Assembly (NCBI RefSeq): GCF_003264935.1 | Contig: NZ_QLOE01000007.1 | Coordinates: 4,629-36,628 of the forward strand | Direction of reading: 5' to 3' | Source: Methanothermobacter tenebrarum | GTDB lineage: Archaea; Methanobacteriota; Methanobacteria; Methanobacteriales; DSM-23052 | Length of the DNA stretch: 32,000 nucleotides | Shown here: piece after piece, positions 16,911 to 25,467 of the stretch | Layout of the letters: each line of letters starts with the position of its first letter | Position numbering within the stretch: the first letter of the stretch is position 1 | Program-made: the position numbers and the translations under genes | Notes under the pieces: generated by a model | Told to the model about the DNA's origin: nothing | The model's input: the letters and a program-made list of their open reading frames with translations, nothing else | Database searches by the model: none

Positions 16911-17542
16911 TTTCTCAATTTTATTTTTAAATAATCATCGAAAGTATTAAGGTTAATGAGTTCCATCTCATCTACGGGTTTTATAGCATATAAGCTTATA
17001 CCATCTTCTATTAGGTGCCAAAGTAATGGGTTGATATTACCTTTATAGGATGGCAGATACTCCAGTAGGAGTTTCCTGGTGGCTGCGAATGGCATCCCAA
17101 GGCCCCTTGGATCTTCTAAGCGACCGAAAGAGCCCCTACCAAGGATCGACAAGGTATCATCTTCTACCGCTTCAATAATCCTCTTGTAAGTTTTGGGAGT
17201 GACTGTTGGCTGGTCTCCGGCAACACAAAGACAAAACCTGCCCCGTGAGTTCTTCACACCATTTAAAAGTGAACCTGTCAATGGCAGATCATCCTGGTTT
17301 TCCACAATCTTAACATCTAGGTCGCTGATTACCGGGACTATATCATCCTTTTGGTGTCCGACGACAACGATACACTCATCCACGCCAGCCTCTAGGACAT
17401 TAGCTATGGTCTTTTCTATCACTGTACTATTATTTAATCTGAGCAAGAGTTTGTGCACTGGCTTTAAACCCCTCTTTTTCATATCCTCTTTCATCCTTTT
17501 TCCTTTACCTGCTGCTGTTATAATCCCTGATACCATCATCAT
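16907..17542 (-). CDS. MobA/MocA-like nucleotidyltransferase (NTP_transf_3 type)
   Basis: 211 aa. N-terminal GIITAAGKGKRM nucleotide-binding loop and a GDQP motif (CVAGDQPTV) characteristic of MobA-like NTP transferases. It starts 1 nt after the stop of the upstream gene. Confidence 0.75.
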   Translation of the reverse strand: MMMVSGIITAAGKGKRMKEDMKKRGLKPVHKLLLRLNNSTVIEKTIANVLEAGVDECIVVVGHQKDDIVPVISDLDVKIVENQDDLPLTGSLLNGVKNSRGRFCLCVAGDQPTVTPKTYKRIIEAVEDDTLSILGRGSFGRLEDPRGLGMPFAATRKLLLEYLPSYKGNINPLLWHLIEDGISLYAIKPVDEMELINLNTFDDYLKIKLRN

Positions 17543-17543
17543 T

Positions 17544-18719
17544 TCACGTTGGTATTAATCTGAGTATCTTAGCATATATTACCATGCTTGGACCTGATCC
17601 TTCAGTCCACATGATTATCATTATGGGATATTTTCCATCATTGTATACTTTAACATCTGTTGCCGGGTCGAAACCATATATGAGGGCGAAGTATCCCCAG
17701 CTTATACCTGTGGGTGTGGGTAATCCAGCCTTTGCAACAGCATCCCTAAGTGCCCTTGCTGGTGGACATGTACCATGCGAAGCATACCCACCGGGGGCCT
17801 TCGGATCCCTGGATGAAGTGAACTGGACTGTATCCTTTCCAGATGAACTTGTCCCAGGCGGCACTATAGTACCGTTCCATGCTTTTACGAATTCTCTTGC
17901 ATTGTATTCCCTGTTTATATCATCATATTCTGGGAAGGATTCAAGTTGGCTTGTGGCTGTTGCAATCTCCTCCACCTTGTAATGGCGCATGTAAGCCATG
18001 ATAGGGGTGCCTGCAGGGTATTGTTCCATGTATTTTTTCGTGTTTTCACCGAAGAATCTAGTTATCTGATCGGGTGGCACTTCTAGTCTGCCATCACTAA
18101 AATTAGAAAGTGAAAAGTCTATGGGTATCCTGTCGCCCACCTTCGATTCATTGTACCACTCTTTGAGTTCTGTGGTATTTATATAATCAGAATGTATATT
18201 ACCTATCCCCTCAGGTGATACCGTCTTTATCGTCTTATTTTTTTGCATGATAGCTATACCATCCTTTGTTTTAATGGCATAAGTGTAAGGTGTCTTGTAA
18301 GCCCATATGAAGTCTGCTGGTGGTTGTACAACTAGCTGGTCTCCTTTTATTGTTAACATCCCCGGACCCTCAAATTGGGAGGCTCTTCCACCAACTTCAA
18401 CACCCTCCGTAATTTCCTTGATTGGTGTCATCATAGTCCCAGTGAATAGACCATAAATGACCGCGCCTATATCTCTATCTTCTATGTTCTCGATTAGATA
18501 ATCTGGGTGTATGATTAGTGGTTCCTTTCTTATCTTGGCAGGGTCTGCTACTTGCATCCCACTCACTACCGTACTTCCTATGGGTAGGCTGCTTATCTCC
18601 TCAGGATCCTGTGGGGGTATACTATTCTGTATATGATAGTCTATTGGGGCCATTACAACAACTATTAATATTAGTATGACTATCAGGGTCCTAGGATCCT
18701 TTAAGGATGGTCTTAGCAT
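17544..18719 (-). CDS. N-terminally membrane-anchored extracytoplasmic protein of unknown function, in the Mur-ligase cluster
   Basis: 391 aa. One N-terminal helix (TLIVILILIVVVMAPI) precedes a large soluble domain. It has only one Cys, in the motif PGGYASHGTCPPARAL (C318, codon 17766-17768). Its start overlaps the upstream Mur ligase gene by 29 nt. Confidence 0.7.
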   Translation of the reverse strand: MLRPSLKDPRTLIVILILIVVVMAPIDYHIQNSIPPQDPEEISSLPIGSTVVSGMQVADPAKIRKEPLIIHPDYLIENIEDRDIGAVIYGLFTGTMMTPIKEITEGVEVGGRASQFEGPGMLTIKGDQLVVQPPADFIWAYKTPYTYAIKTKDGIAIMQKNKTIKTVSPEGIGNIHSDYINTTELKEWYNESKVGDRIPIDFSLSNFSDGRLEVPPDQITRFFGENTKKYMEQYPAGTPIMAYMRHYKVEEIATATSQLESFPEYDDINREYNAREFVKAWNGTIVPPGTSSSGKDTVQFTSSRDPKAPGGYASHGTCPPARALRDAVAKAGLPTPTGISWGYFALIYGFDPATDVKVYNDGKYPIMIIMWTEGSGPSMVIYAKILRLIPT

Positions 18720-20157
18720 ATTTATAACCCCCTTCTCCTATTATTAGGATAGTATCATCTTCATCTGCATATTCCAGGGCTTTTTGGATTGCCTCTTTTA
18801 CTTGTTGGTGGCTTGCCCCCAATGTCCCCCTTTTTATTTTTTGTCTACTAGAGTTTATATGTATGATCCTTGATTTTGTATGAGCTGATGCTTTCCTTGC
18901 ATTATATGATGCAGGTATTACGATGTCGGCATTTGAGAGTATCCTTGCTATCTCCTTGTCACCTTCTATTCCACTCTCAGAAGAAATCGTATTCACTACT
19001 ATTATCTTTCCAAGAGTTTCTTCTTTTACTAGTTGCATTATCGCCCTAACACCAGCAGGATTATGAGCATAATCTATAATTATCCTAGGCTTTTCTTTTA
19101 TTATTTCATGTCTTCCGCTGGCACCCTTGAATGAACTTATACCCTTAATTATATACTTGGGGTCTATGCCTAGGGTTAGGCTGGCGGCCGCCGCCGCAAG
19201 ACTATTATATACGTTGAAAAGTCCGCCTATTTTGAGTTTAATTGTCCCATCTACTATATTTAATCTGAACTTGTCCTTTTCTACTTGGGTGGCTTTAACT
19301 TCTGGTTGCGGTCTCTTGTAACCGCATGTACAATAGTAGTCTCCGAGGTGGCCTAGGAATCTCCTCTTGTATTTTAGGGGTTTGCCACAGTATGGGCATT
19401 CTCGATCCTCTGGGAATACCTCAAATGGGTGTTTGAGTGATTCTATGCCATAGAATGTTACTCTGTCTTTTGGGAGGTTGTTGGCGAAACTTGCTACTAT
19501 TGGATCATCTGCATTTAATATGATGTGTTGGGCGACATCTATGATTTCCCTTTTACATTTTATGTATGTTGGGAAGTCCTCTGGTGGTAGATGGTCCCTT
19601 GAAATGTTTGTTATAATAGCTATTTTGACTTTACTGTCTTTGGCTGTCTTTTTTATCTCACCTGGTCTCCCGAATGTTCCTATTTCAACTACTGCTATGT
19701 CACCTTCTAGTCTTGCTTGTAGGGCTGGTATTAGTTCAGTATTTCCTTGGATGTTAAGATGGTGTTCAGGAACCTTGTATCCAGCCACTCTTAGGATGTT
19801 TTTTAGGATATTTGTGGTTGTGGTTTTGCCATTGGTCCCAGTGACGCCCACAACTGGCTTTTTAACCTTACAAGATGCTATGATGTCCTCAACCGTTATG
19901 ATCTTTTTTCCTTTTATGAGTTGAAGTATATTCTCATTTTCTAATAGGCTTGGCGCTACTGCTATCTTATCAGCACCTTTTATTATTTCGGGGTTGTGGC
20001 CTCCGAGGTCTAGTTTGATGCCTTCTGCTTCGAAGATCTTGCGTAGGGGTGTTTCTTTGCGAATGTCTGAGACTGTTACTATCCCCTTTTTTGCAAGTAT
20101 TCTTGCCATTAGGCTGCCTACTGTCCCGCAACCCCCAAGTACTACTATATTCTCCAT
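18691..20157 (-). CDS. Mur-ligase-family peptide ligase (pseudomurein type), MurD-like N-domain, with Cys4 zinc-ribbon insert
   Basis: 488 aa. N-terminal Rossmann VLGGCGTVGSLMA, P-loop GVTGTNGKTTTT, ISRDHL, and C-terminal domain DYAHNPAG. The insert is CPYCGKPLKYKRRFLGHLGDYYCTCG (19324-19398). Confidence 0.85.
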   Translation of the reverse strand: MENIVVLGGCGTVGSLMARILAKKGIVTVSDIRKETPLRKIFEAEGIKLDLGGHNPEIIKGADKIAVAPSLLENENILQLIKGKKIITVEDIIASCKVKKPVVGVTGTNGKTTTTNILKNILRVAGYKVPEHHLNIQGNTELIPALQARLEGDIAVVEIGTFGRPGEIKKTAKDSKVKIAIITNISRDHLPPEDFPTYIKCKREIIDVAQHIILNADDPIVASFANNLPKDRVTFYGIESLKHPFEVFPEDRECPYCGKPLKYKRRFLGHLGDYYCTCGYKRPQPEVKATQVEKDKFRLNIVDGTIKLKIGGLFNVYNSLAAAAASLTLGIDPKYIIKGISSFKGASGRHEIIKEKPRIIIDYAHNPAGVRAIMQLVKEETLGKIIVVNTISSESGIEGDKEIARILSNADIVIPASYNARKASAHTKSRIIHINSSRQKIKRGTLGASHQQVKEAIQKALEYADEDDTILIIGEGGYKYAKTILKGS

Positions 20158-20158
20158 C

Positions 20159-21712
20159 TTAGAAGTTCTCCTTGTAATCTTTTATAGCCCTTTGGATGTC
20201 CTTTTTCACGTTTTGGTAAGCGTTAACAACACCAGGACCCATATGGATTATGGTATCCCCTTTTTCAGAATTTTCTAGGGCCTTTTTGATGGATTTGTAG
20301 ACGTTTTCTACTATTATGGTTTTTGTGGTGTTCGCTCCCCTGGCGACTTCTTCAGCAGCTTTCCAGTCTATTTCTTCTGTTGTTTCATTTTTAGCGCTTA
20401 CAATGAGAATGTCAGCCGCCTTTGCGAGTGTTCTGCCTATCTTGAATTTGTCCCGGACTGTTAAAGTGTCGGGGTTGTCAAGGCTTATTATAAGCCTACC
20501 ATCAAATTCCAAGCCATCAAATAATTTTTCCATGCTCTCAGGGTTATGAGCAGCGTCCATGTAAACTTTAACACCATCAAACTCGCCTATGATCTCGAAA
20601 CGACCTCTTATACCCTCGAATTGGCCTATACGCTCTTTTAAATAGTCTATGTCGAAGCCTAGTATGAGTCCTGTTGTAATGGCTGCTAGTGCATTTTCAA
20701 CATTAAATATCCCTGGAACCTTCAAAGTTACTCTTTCCTTGTATGGTCCGAAATATTCTCGTCTGAAATCTCCACATCCACATTTTATGTTCCCACACCT
20801 TTCACAGACGATTGTAGGTATTCTCCCAATTGTGAGGGTGAATTCTGATCCTTTGAGACCGTTTAATCTGATATTCTCGGCTTTAACATCAACTGGTAAA
20901 GGTCTTGTCACATAACTTTTACCATGAAATTCCACCTTCCTCTTTCTGCCCACGCTATAGATGATATGGGGCGATTTTAGCTCACTTGTGAGCTTGTTTA
21001 TTATGGGATCGTCCCCGTTGAGTATGAGCAATCCCCTTTGGTTGATAAGATCTTTGATGAGAAAGTTACGCTTGATATAATCGTTATAATCTTTAAATTC
21101 GTCGAGGTGGTCTGGGGTGAGGGTGGTTATAATACCAGCGCATAATTCAAGGCCTTGTGTCATCCTTATGGTACCATGTGGCAGTTCAAAAACTGCAAAT
21201 TCGCCCTTACCTATTTTATTCTCTATTAGTAGGTCGACTAGACCTTCAATGACAAGGGAATCTTCTAATGATGAAAAGGATATTGTGGGATGCTGTCCTT
21301 CTATGATATGTTTTATCATGTTTGTGGTTGTGGTTTTACCATCTGTGCCCGCCACCCCTATCATCGGAATTTTAATAAAAGAGTTGAGCATCTTCCCAAT
21401 CATAGAAGGTGTTATATACTCGATCTCCTTTTCTGTCTTCTTTATTAGTTTGTATATTATAGAATTTTTGGGGATGTTGGGTGAAATGAAGATTGAATCT
21501 GCCCATTCTATTTCCTTGGGATGATGTCCCCCAAAATGGAATCTTATACCATTTTTTTGCATCTCTTTTATCCTCTTTTTGGCCTTTGGGGGCAATTTTT
21601 CGAATTCTTTGATTTCTGTGACTAGCACTTCATTGCCAAGGTGGTGTAGTAGTTTTGCAGTGGGTCTGCCTGCGTTCCCTGCGCCGACCACTAGTATTTT
21701 TCTATTTTTCAT
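20159..21712 (-). CDS. Mur-ligase-family peptide ligase (pseudomurein type), second paralog, with Cys-rich insert
   Basis: 517 aa. VVGAGNAGRPTAKLL, P-loop GVAGTDGKTTTT, LTPDHLD and MDAAHNPES. The insert is CERCGNIKCGCG (20774-20806). One nt separates it from the downstream paralog. Confidence 0.85.
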   Translation of the reverse strand: MKNRKILVVGAGNAGRPTAKLLHHLGNEVLVTEIKEFEKLPPKAKKRIKEMQKNGIRFHFGGHHPKEIEWADSIFISPNIPKNSIIYKLIKKTEKEIEYITPSMIGKMLNSFIKIPMIGVAGTDGKTTTTNMIKHIIEGQHPTISFSSLEDSLVIEGLVDLLIENKIGKGEFAVFELPHGTIRMTQGLELCAGIITTLTPDHLDEFKDYNDYIKRNFLIKDLINQRGLLILNGDDPIINKLTSELKSPHIIYSVGRKRKVEFHGKSYVTRPLPVDVKAENIRLNGLKGSEFTLTIGRIPTIVCERCGNIKCGCGDFRREYFGPYKERVTLKVPGIFNVENALAAITTGLILGFDIDYLKERIGQFEGIRGRFEIIGEFDGVKVYMDAAHNPESMEKLFDGLEFDGRLIISLDNPDTLTVRDKFKIGRTLAKAADILIVSAKNETTEEIDWKAAEEVARGANTTKTIIVENVYKSIKKALENSEKGDTIIHMGPGVVNAYQNVKKDIQRAIKDYKENF

Positions 21713-22911
21713 TGTCTCACCATCTTTTCTATACCTTCTTGGATTTTTATGATTTTTTTCTGTCCATTACCCCCTATGAGTATTCTCTTGTATTTCCTGC
21801 TAAGATTTTTTAGTAATTTGATGATCTCATTGGTGTCTTTTGCGGTTAGCACTTTTGATGGTAAGTTCTTTGCATGTTCTAGGCTGATATTTACTGTGTC
21901 TTCGAGGCCTGGGAATAGTACTAAAATTTTTGGGGGTTTTTTGCCTATTTCTTGGAGTGTTTCGAATCTCCAGTCTTCGTTTTTTCTTGGGGTTCCTAGG
22001 AATATAATATCAAAATCAGTTTCTTGTAGTATTGTTTTCATGGCTGAGGGGTTGTCGATTTTCCCTATGATGATATTTGCATCATTGAATTTATAATTTT
22101 TTATACGCCCCTTTGGGGCTTCGAAATCACCTAGAGTGGAGTTTATTATACTTTCTGGCGCGCCTAATAGTCTGGCCGCTTCCGCGGCAGCTCCAGCGTT
22201 TAATTTGTTGAATTTCCCGAATAATTTGAGTTTTCCATTGTATGCACTGTATAGTATTGAATTTGGGGTTTTTAATTGGAGTGATAATGGGTCTTCCTTG
22301 TTGAGCAAGACCTTTTTTCCTTCTATGAACCTTCTGAGGCTCTTTTTGTAGTTTTTGATGGTTTTGTGGTGGTTCATGTGGTCTCGGCCTATGTTGGTTA
22401 GGATTATGAGGTTTAGGTTGAAGCATTGGTCCGCAAAATCTAGTGTCATGTCACATATTTCCACGACTATTATATCGTATTTTTTTTCTGAGGCTTTTAG
22501 TATGAGTTCTGTGTAACCTTGGAATCCTCCTCCAGCGTTACCACCTACTAGGACTTTTTTACCCCAGTTTTCTAGTATTTTTGTTATCATGAGGGCTGTT
22601 GTTGTTTTGCCGTTTGTTCCTGTGACCCCTATGGTATATGGTTTTTTGTGGTCTTCTAGGATTTTGCAGAGTAGTTTGTCTTCTATTTTCTTTTTGAGTG
22701 GTGATGAATAAAGGCTTGGGCTTAGAATTACGGCGTCGCATGCTCTTATTTTTTCCAGGTCATGGAAGCCCAAGTCTACTTCAATATCTTCTAGGCCCTC
22801 CAAATTTAGGTTGGTGTTGATGTCGGTGGCGTATACTTCGTATCCACGCTTTCTAAGTGATTTAACGGCTTTTCTGCCTTCGACGCCTAATCCTATCACT
22901 GCGAATTTCAT
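21709..22911 (-). CDS. Mur-ligase-family peptide ligase (pseudomurein type), third paralog, no Cys insert
   Basis: 400 aa. VIGLGVEGRKAVKSL, P-loop GVTGTNGKTTTALMI and NIGRDHMNHH. It overlaps the next paralog by 4 nt. Confidence 0.85.
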   Translation of the reverse strand: MKFAVIGLGVEGRKAVKSLRKRGYEVYATDINTNLNLEGLEDIEVDLGFHDLEKIRACDAVILSPSLYSSPLKKKIEDKLLCKILEDHKKPYTIGVTGTNGKTTTALMITKILENWGKKVLVGGNAGGGFQGYTELILKASEKKYDIIVVEICDMTLDFADQCFNLNLIILTNIGRDHMNHHKTIKNYKKSLRRFIEGKKVLLNKEDPLSLQLKTPNSILYSAYNGKLKLFGKFNKLNAGAAAEAARLLGAPESIINSTLGDFEAPKGRIKNYKFNDANIIIGKIDNPSAMKTILQETDFDIIFLGTPRKNEDWRFETLQEIGKKPPKILVLFPGLEDTVNISLEHAKNLPSKVLTAKDTNEIIKLLKNLSRKYKRILIGGNGQKKIIKIQEGIEKMVRQ

Positions 22912-22953
22912 GATGGGACACCAGAATAAGGGTTACAATCAGTAAGACTTTTT

Positions 22954-25467
22954 TTATCCTGTTTGGATTGTTGAGATTCCGCCATTTTTTTCTACTGTGA
23001 ATGTGTGGTCTGCGAGGTTTTCTAGTTCTTCTTCATGGGATACTATTATTATCTGTGAGCATTCTAATTCATCTAATATTTCTCTGAATTTTAGGAGTTG
23101 TTCTTTACTAAATCCGTCTGTTGGCTCGTCTAGTATGAGTATGTCTGATTTTATTGAGGAGTATCTTTGAATGATGGTGTTTAGTGCTAGTCTGTATGCT
23201 AGTGCTACGCTTGTTTTTTCTCCTCCACTGAGGTGCTCTATGTCTTGTTCGTAGCCTCCTTGTTCTATGATGGGTGTGAAGTTTTCGTCTATTCTCACTG
23301 TTTTTTCATTGTCTTCTACGAGTTTTTGGAACCAGCGTTGGAAGTGGCTGTTGAATTCTTGGTTCATTTGTAGCATTACATGGGTTTCGATGTCGTGTAG
23401 TGTTGGTATGAAGTATTCTTTGAGCCATTTAACATACTCTTTTAGCCTTTTTATGGATCTTTTTATCTTTTCTTTTTCTTTTATCTGTTCTTCCAATTCT
23501 CTGATTTCTTTTTTTATCCTTTTGAGCGCTCCAAGGTTTCTTTGGCGTTCATTTTCACATTCTCTTATCCTTTCCATGATTTGGTCTAGTTTATTCTGGT
23601 TTTGGTCTCTTTTTTCTTTTATTTTATCTTTTTTCTCTAGTATTTTGTCTAGTTTTTTGATTTTTTCCTTTGCGGATTCTATTTGGTTTGTTTTTTCCTT
23701 TATGATTCTTTTGTTTTCTTGGTATTCCATGTTTTGGGTTGGTTTTAGTTTCTTGATCATTTCTTGATGTGATCTTATGGAGGCTTTTATGTTGGCTATT
23801 TTTTCTTTTAATCTGTCTCTCTCACCCTCTAATTCACTCTCTTCGGTTTTAAGCCGTTTCATCTCATCCTGTATGCCTGATTTCGCTCTTATGCTCTCTT
23901 CTAGGCTTTTTATCATCCTTTTTATATTTTTTGTTTTTTCTTGGATTTTTTCTATCGCTTTATTATTTTTTTGGCAGGTTTGTTCCTTGTCTTCTAGTTT
24001 TTCTTTGAGGCTTTCTAGTTCTCTTTTGGCGTTTTCATATTCTCTTATTTCTTCTTTGAGCTTCTTTTTTTCTTTTATTTTTCTCTCGTATTCTTTTTTT
24101 GTTTTTTCAAGTTCTTTTTTCTGCTCTTGTTTTTCTTTGAGTTTCTTTTTGATCTTGGACGGGTTGACTGGGGCTCCGCATGTTGGACAAGTTTTTTCTT
24201 CTTTTATTGAGGAGTAGTCATTTATCTTAGCGTTGATTTCCCCTATTTTTTCCTCTGTTATCCCTATTTTTTTCCTGTATTTTTCTATGATTTCTTCGAC
24301 TTCTGTTAGGCTTTGAGTGGATGGTTTTTTAATCCTTTCCAAGCTTTTGATTTTTTTGGTGATCGTGGATTGTTCCTTTTTGATTTTTTCGTTGTCTTTT
24401 TGGATTTCTTGAAGTCTTTCTAGATGCTCTTGCTTTTGTTTTTTCAGGTTTTCTAATTGGTTTTTGCCTAGTAGTATGTTCTCATAGTCTTCTTGTATGT
24501 TCTCTATTCCCCTTTTTATAATTTCTAGGGATTCTTCTACCCTTTTTAGTCTCTTTTCTTGTTTTGATTTTTCTTTTTCTTTTTCCTCTTTTTCTAGAAT
24601 GTGTCTTCTGTACTCTTCTTCTATCCTCTCATTTTTCTTCTTGGCTTCTTCTATCTGCTCCCTTATAATATTAATCTTCTCTATCAGACTTTTTTTCTTG
24701 CTTTCAGCATATTTTACCTTTTCATATTTCATTTCTAACTCTTCGAGGTTGTATTCTACAAGTTTTCTCTTCTCTTCTAGTTTTTCCTTCTCATCTTCTA
24801 TTTTTCTGATTAAAAGCTCATACCTTTGCATTTCATCTTCACTGTCATCTTTCTTATCCTTTAATTTTTGTAGGTCGTGTATTCTCTCCTTGAGCCCATC
24901 AGCCCTTTTTCCAATCCTAGCCGCCACCATATTAGCGTTATTTATGGCTATCTTATAATCTTCCAATCTTAGAGCCTTTCTAATAGTCTTAAGCCGATCT
25001 TCAGGGTTCATGTTTATTATATTTTTCATCTCCTCTTGTGGGGTGAAAACAGCATACCTGTAAATGCGGCTTTTTGCACGCGGATTCAAAGGCTCATTAT
25101 ACTTTAATTTCTCAAGTATCTTGTCCTTCATCTCTGTCGGTCTCAAGTTCATCCTACCATTCTCTGTCTCAATATAACATTCACCCTGGCTTATACTCCC
25201 ATTAGTCCTTCTAAGACTCCTATAAACAGTGCAGGTTTTACCATCCACTTGGAATGTTAAGGACACATAACCCCTATTCGAACCCAGACGGAGCAGACCA
25301 GCCCCTCGTTGACCGCCAAGACCAAAAAGGGCGAACTCAACCGCTAAAAGTATTGTTGTCTTACCAGAGCCGATATCACCCTTAATAAATGTAACACCAG
25401 TAGAAAAGTCTATCCTCGCCTCCCTATAACTTCGAATATTTTTAAGTTCCAAAGATTTGATGATCAT
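22954..25467 (-). CDS. rad50: Rad50 double-strand-break repair ATPase
   Basis: 837 aa. Walker A GDIGSGKTT, a long K/E-rich coiled coil, zinc hook CPTCG (24178-24189), signature LSGGEKT, Walker B ILILDEPT and VSHEEE. Its ATG overlaps the mre11 stop. Confidence 0.92.
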   Translation of the reverse strand: MIIKSLELKNIRSYREARIDFSTGVTFIKGDIGSGKTTILLAVEFALFGLGGQRGAGLLRLGSNRGYVSLTFQVDGKTCTVYRSLRRTNGSISQGECYIETENGRMNLRPTEMKDKILEKLKYNEPLNPRAKSRIYRYAVFTPQEEMKNIINMNPEDRLKTIRKALRLEDYKIAINNANMVAARIGKRADGLKERIHDLQKLKDKKDDSEDEMQRYELLIRKIEDEKEKLEEKRKLVEYNLEELEMKYEKVKYAESKKKSLIEKINIIREQIEEAKKKNERIEEEYRRHILEKEEKEKEKSKQEKRLKRVEESLEIIKRGIENIQEDYENILLGKNQLENLKKQKQEHLERLQEIQKDNEKIKKEQSTITKKIKSLERIKKPSTQSLTEVEEIIEKYRKKIGITEEKIGEINAKINDYSSIKEEKTCPTCGAPVNPSKIKKKLKEKQEQKKELEKTKKEYERKIKEKKKLKEEIREYENAKRELESLKEKLEDKEQTCQKNNKAIEKIQEKTKNIKRMIKSLEESIRAKSGIQDEMKRLKTEESELEGERDRLKEKIANIKASIRSHQEMIKKLKPTQNMEYQENKRIIKEKTNQIESAKEKIKKLDKILEKKDKIKEKRDQNQNKLDQIMERIRECENERQRNLGALKRIKKEIRELEEQIKEKEKIKRSIKRLKEYVKWLKEYFIPTLHDIETHVMLQMNQEFNSHFQRWFQKLVEDNEKTVRIDENFTPIIEQGGYEQDIEHLSGGEKTSVALAYRLALNTIIQRYSSIKSDILILDEPTDGFSKEQLLKFREILDELECSQIIIVSHEEELENLADHTFTVEKNGGISTIQTG

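Noticed and set aside
23400-24900. Apparent short-period repetitiveness that could be mistaken for a repeat array or CRISPR, given the Csa3-like gene elsewhere
   Set aside because: The periodicity is codon-level (Lys/Glu heptads of the Rad50 coiled coil). There are no conserved 25-40 bp direct repeats with unique spacers. I saw no CRISPR array anywhere in the window.
23267-24958. Three long S/F/L-rich plus-strand ORFs (166, 146 and 153 aa) antisense to rad50
   Set aside because: They are the antisense of the K/E-rich (AAR/GAR) coiled-coil coding sequence. That gives T/C-rich codons without stops and low-complexity products. Rad50 motifs on the minus strand explain the region.
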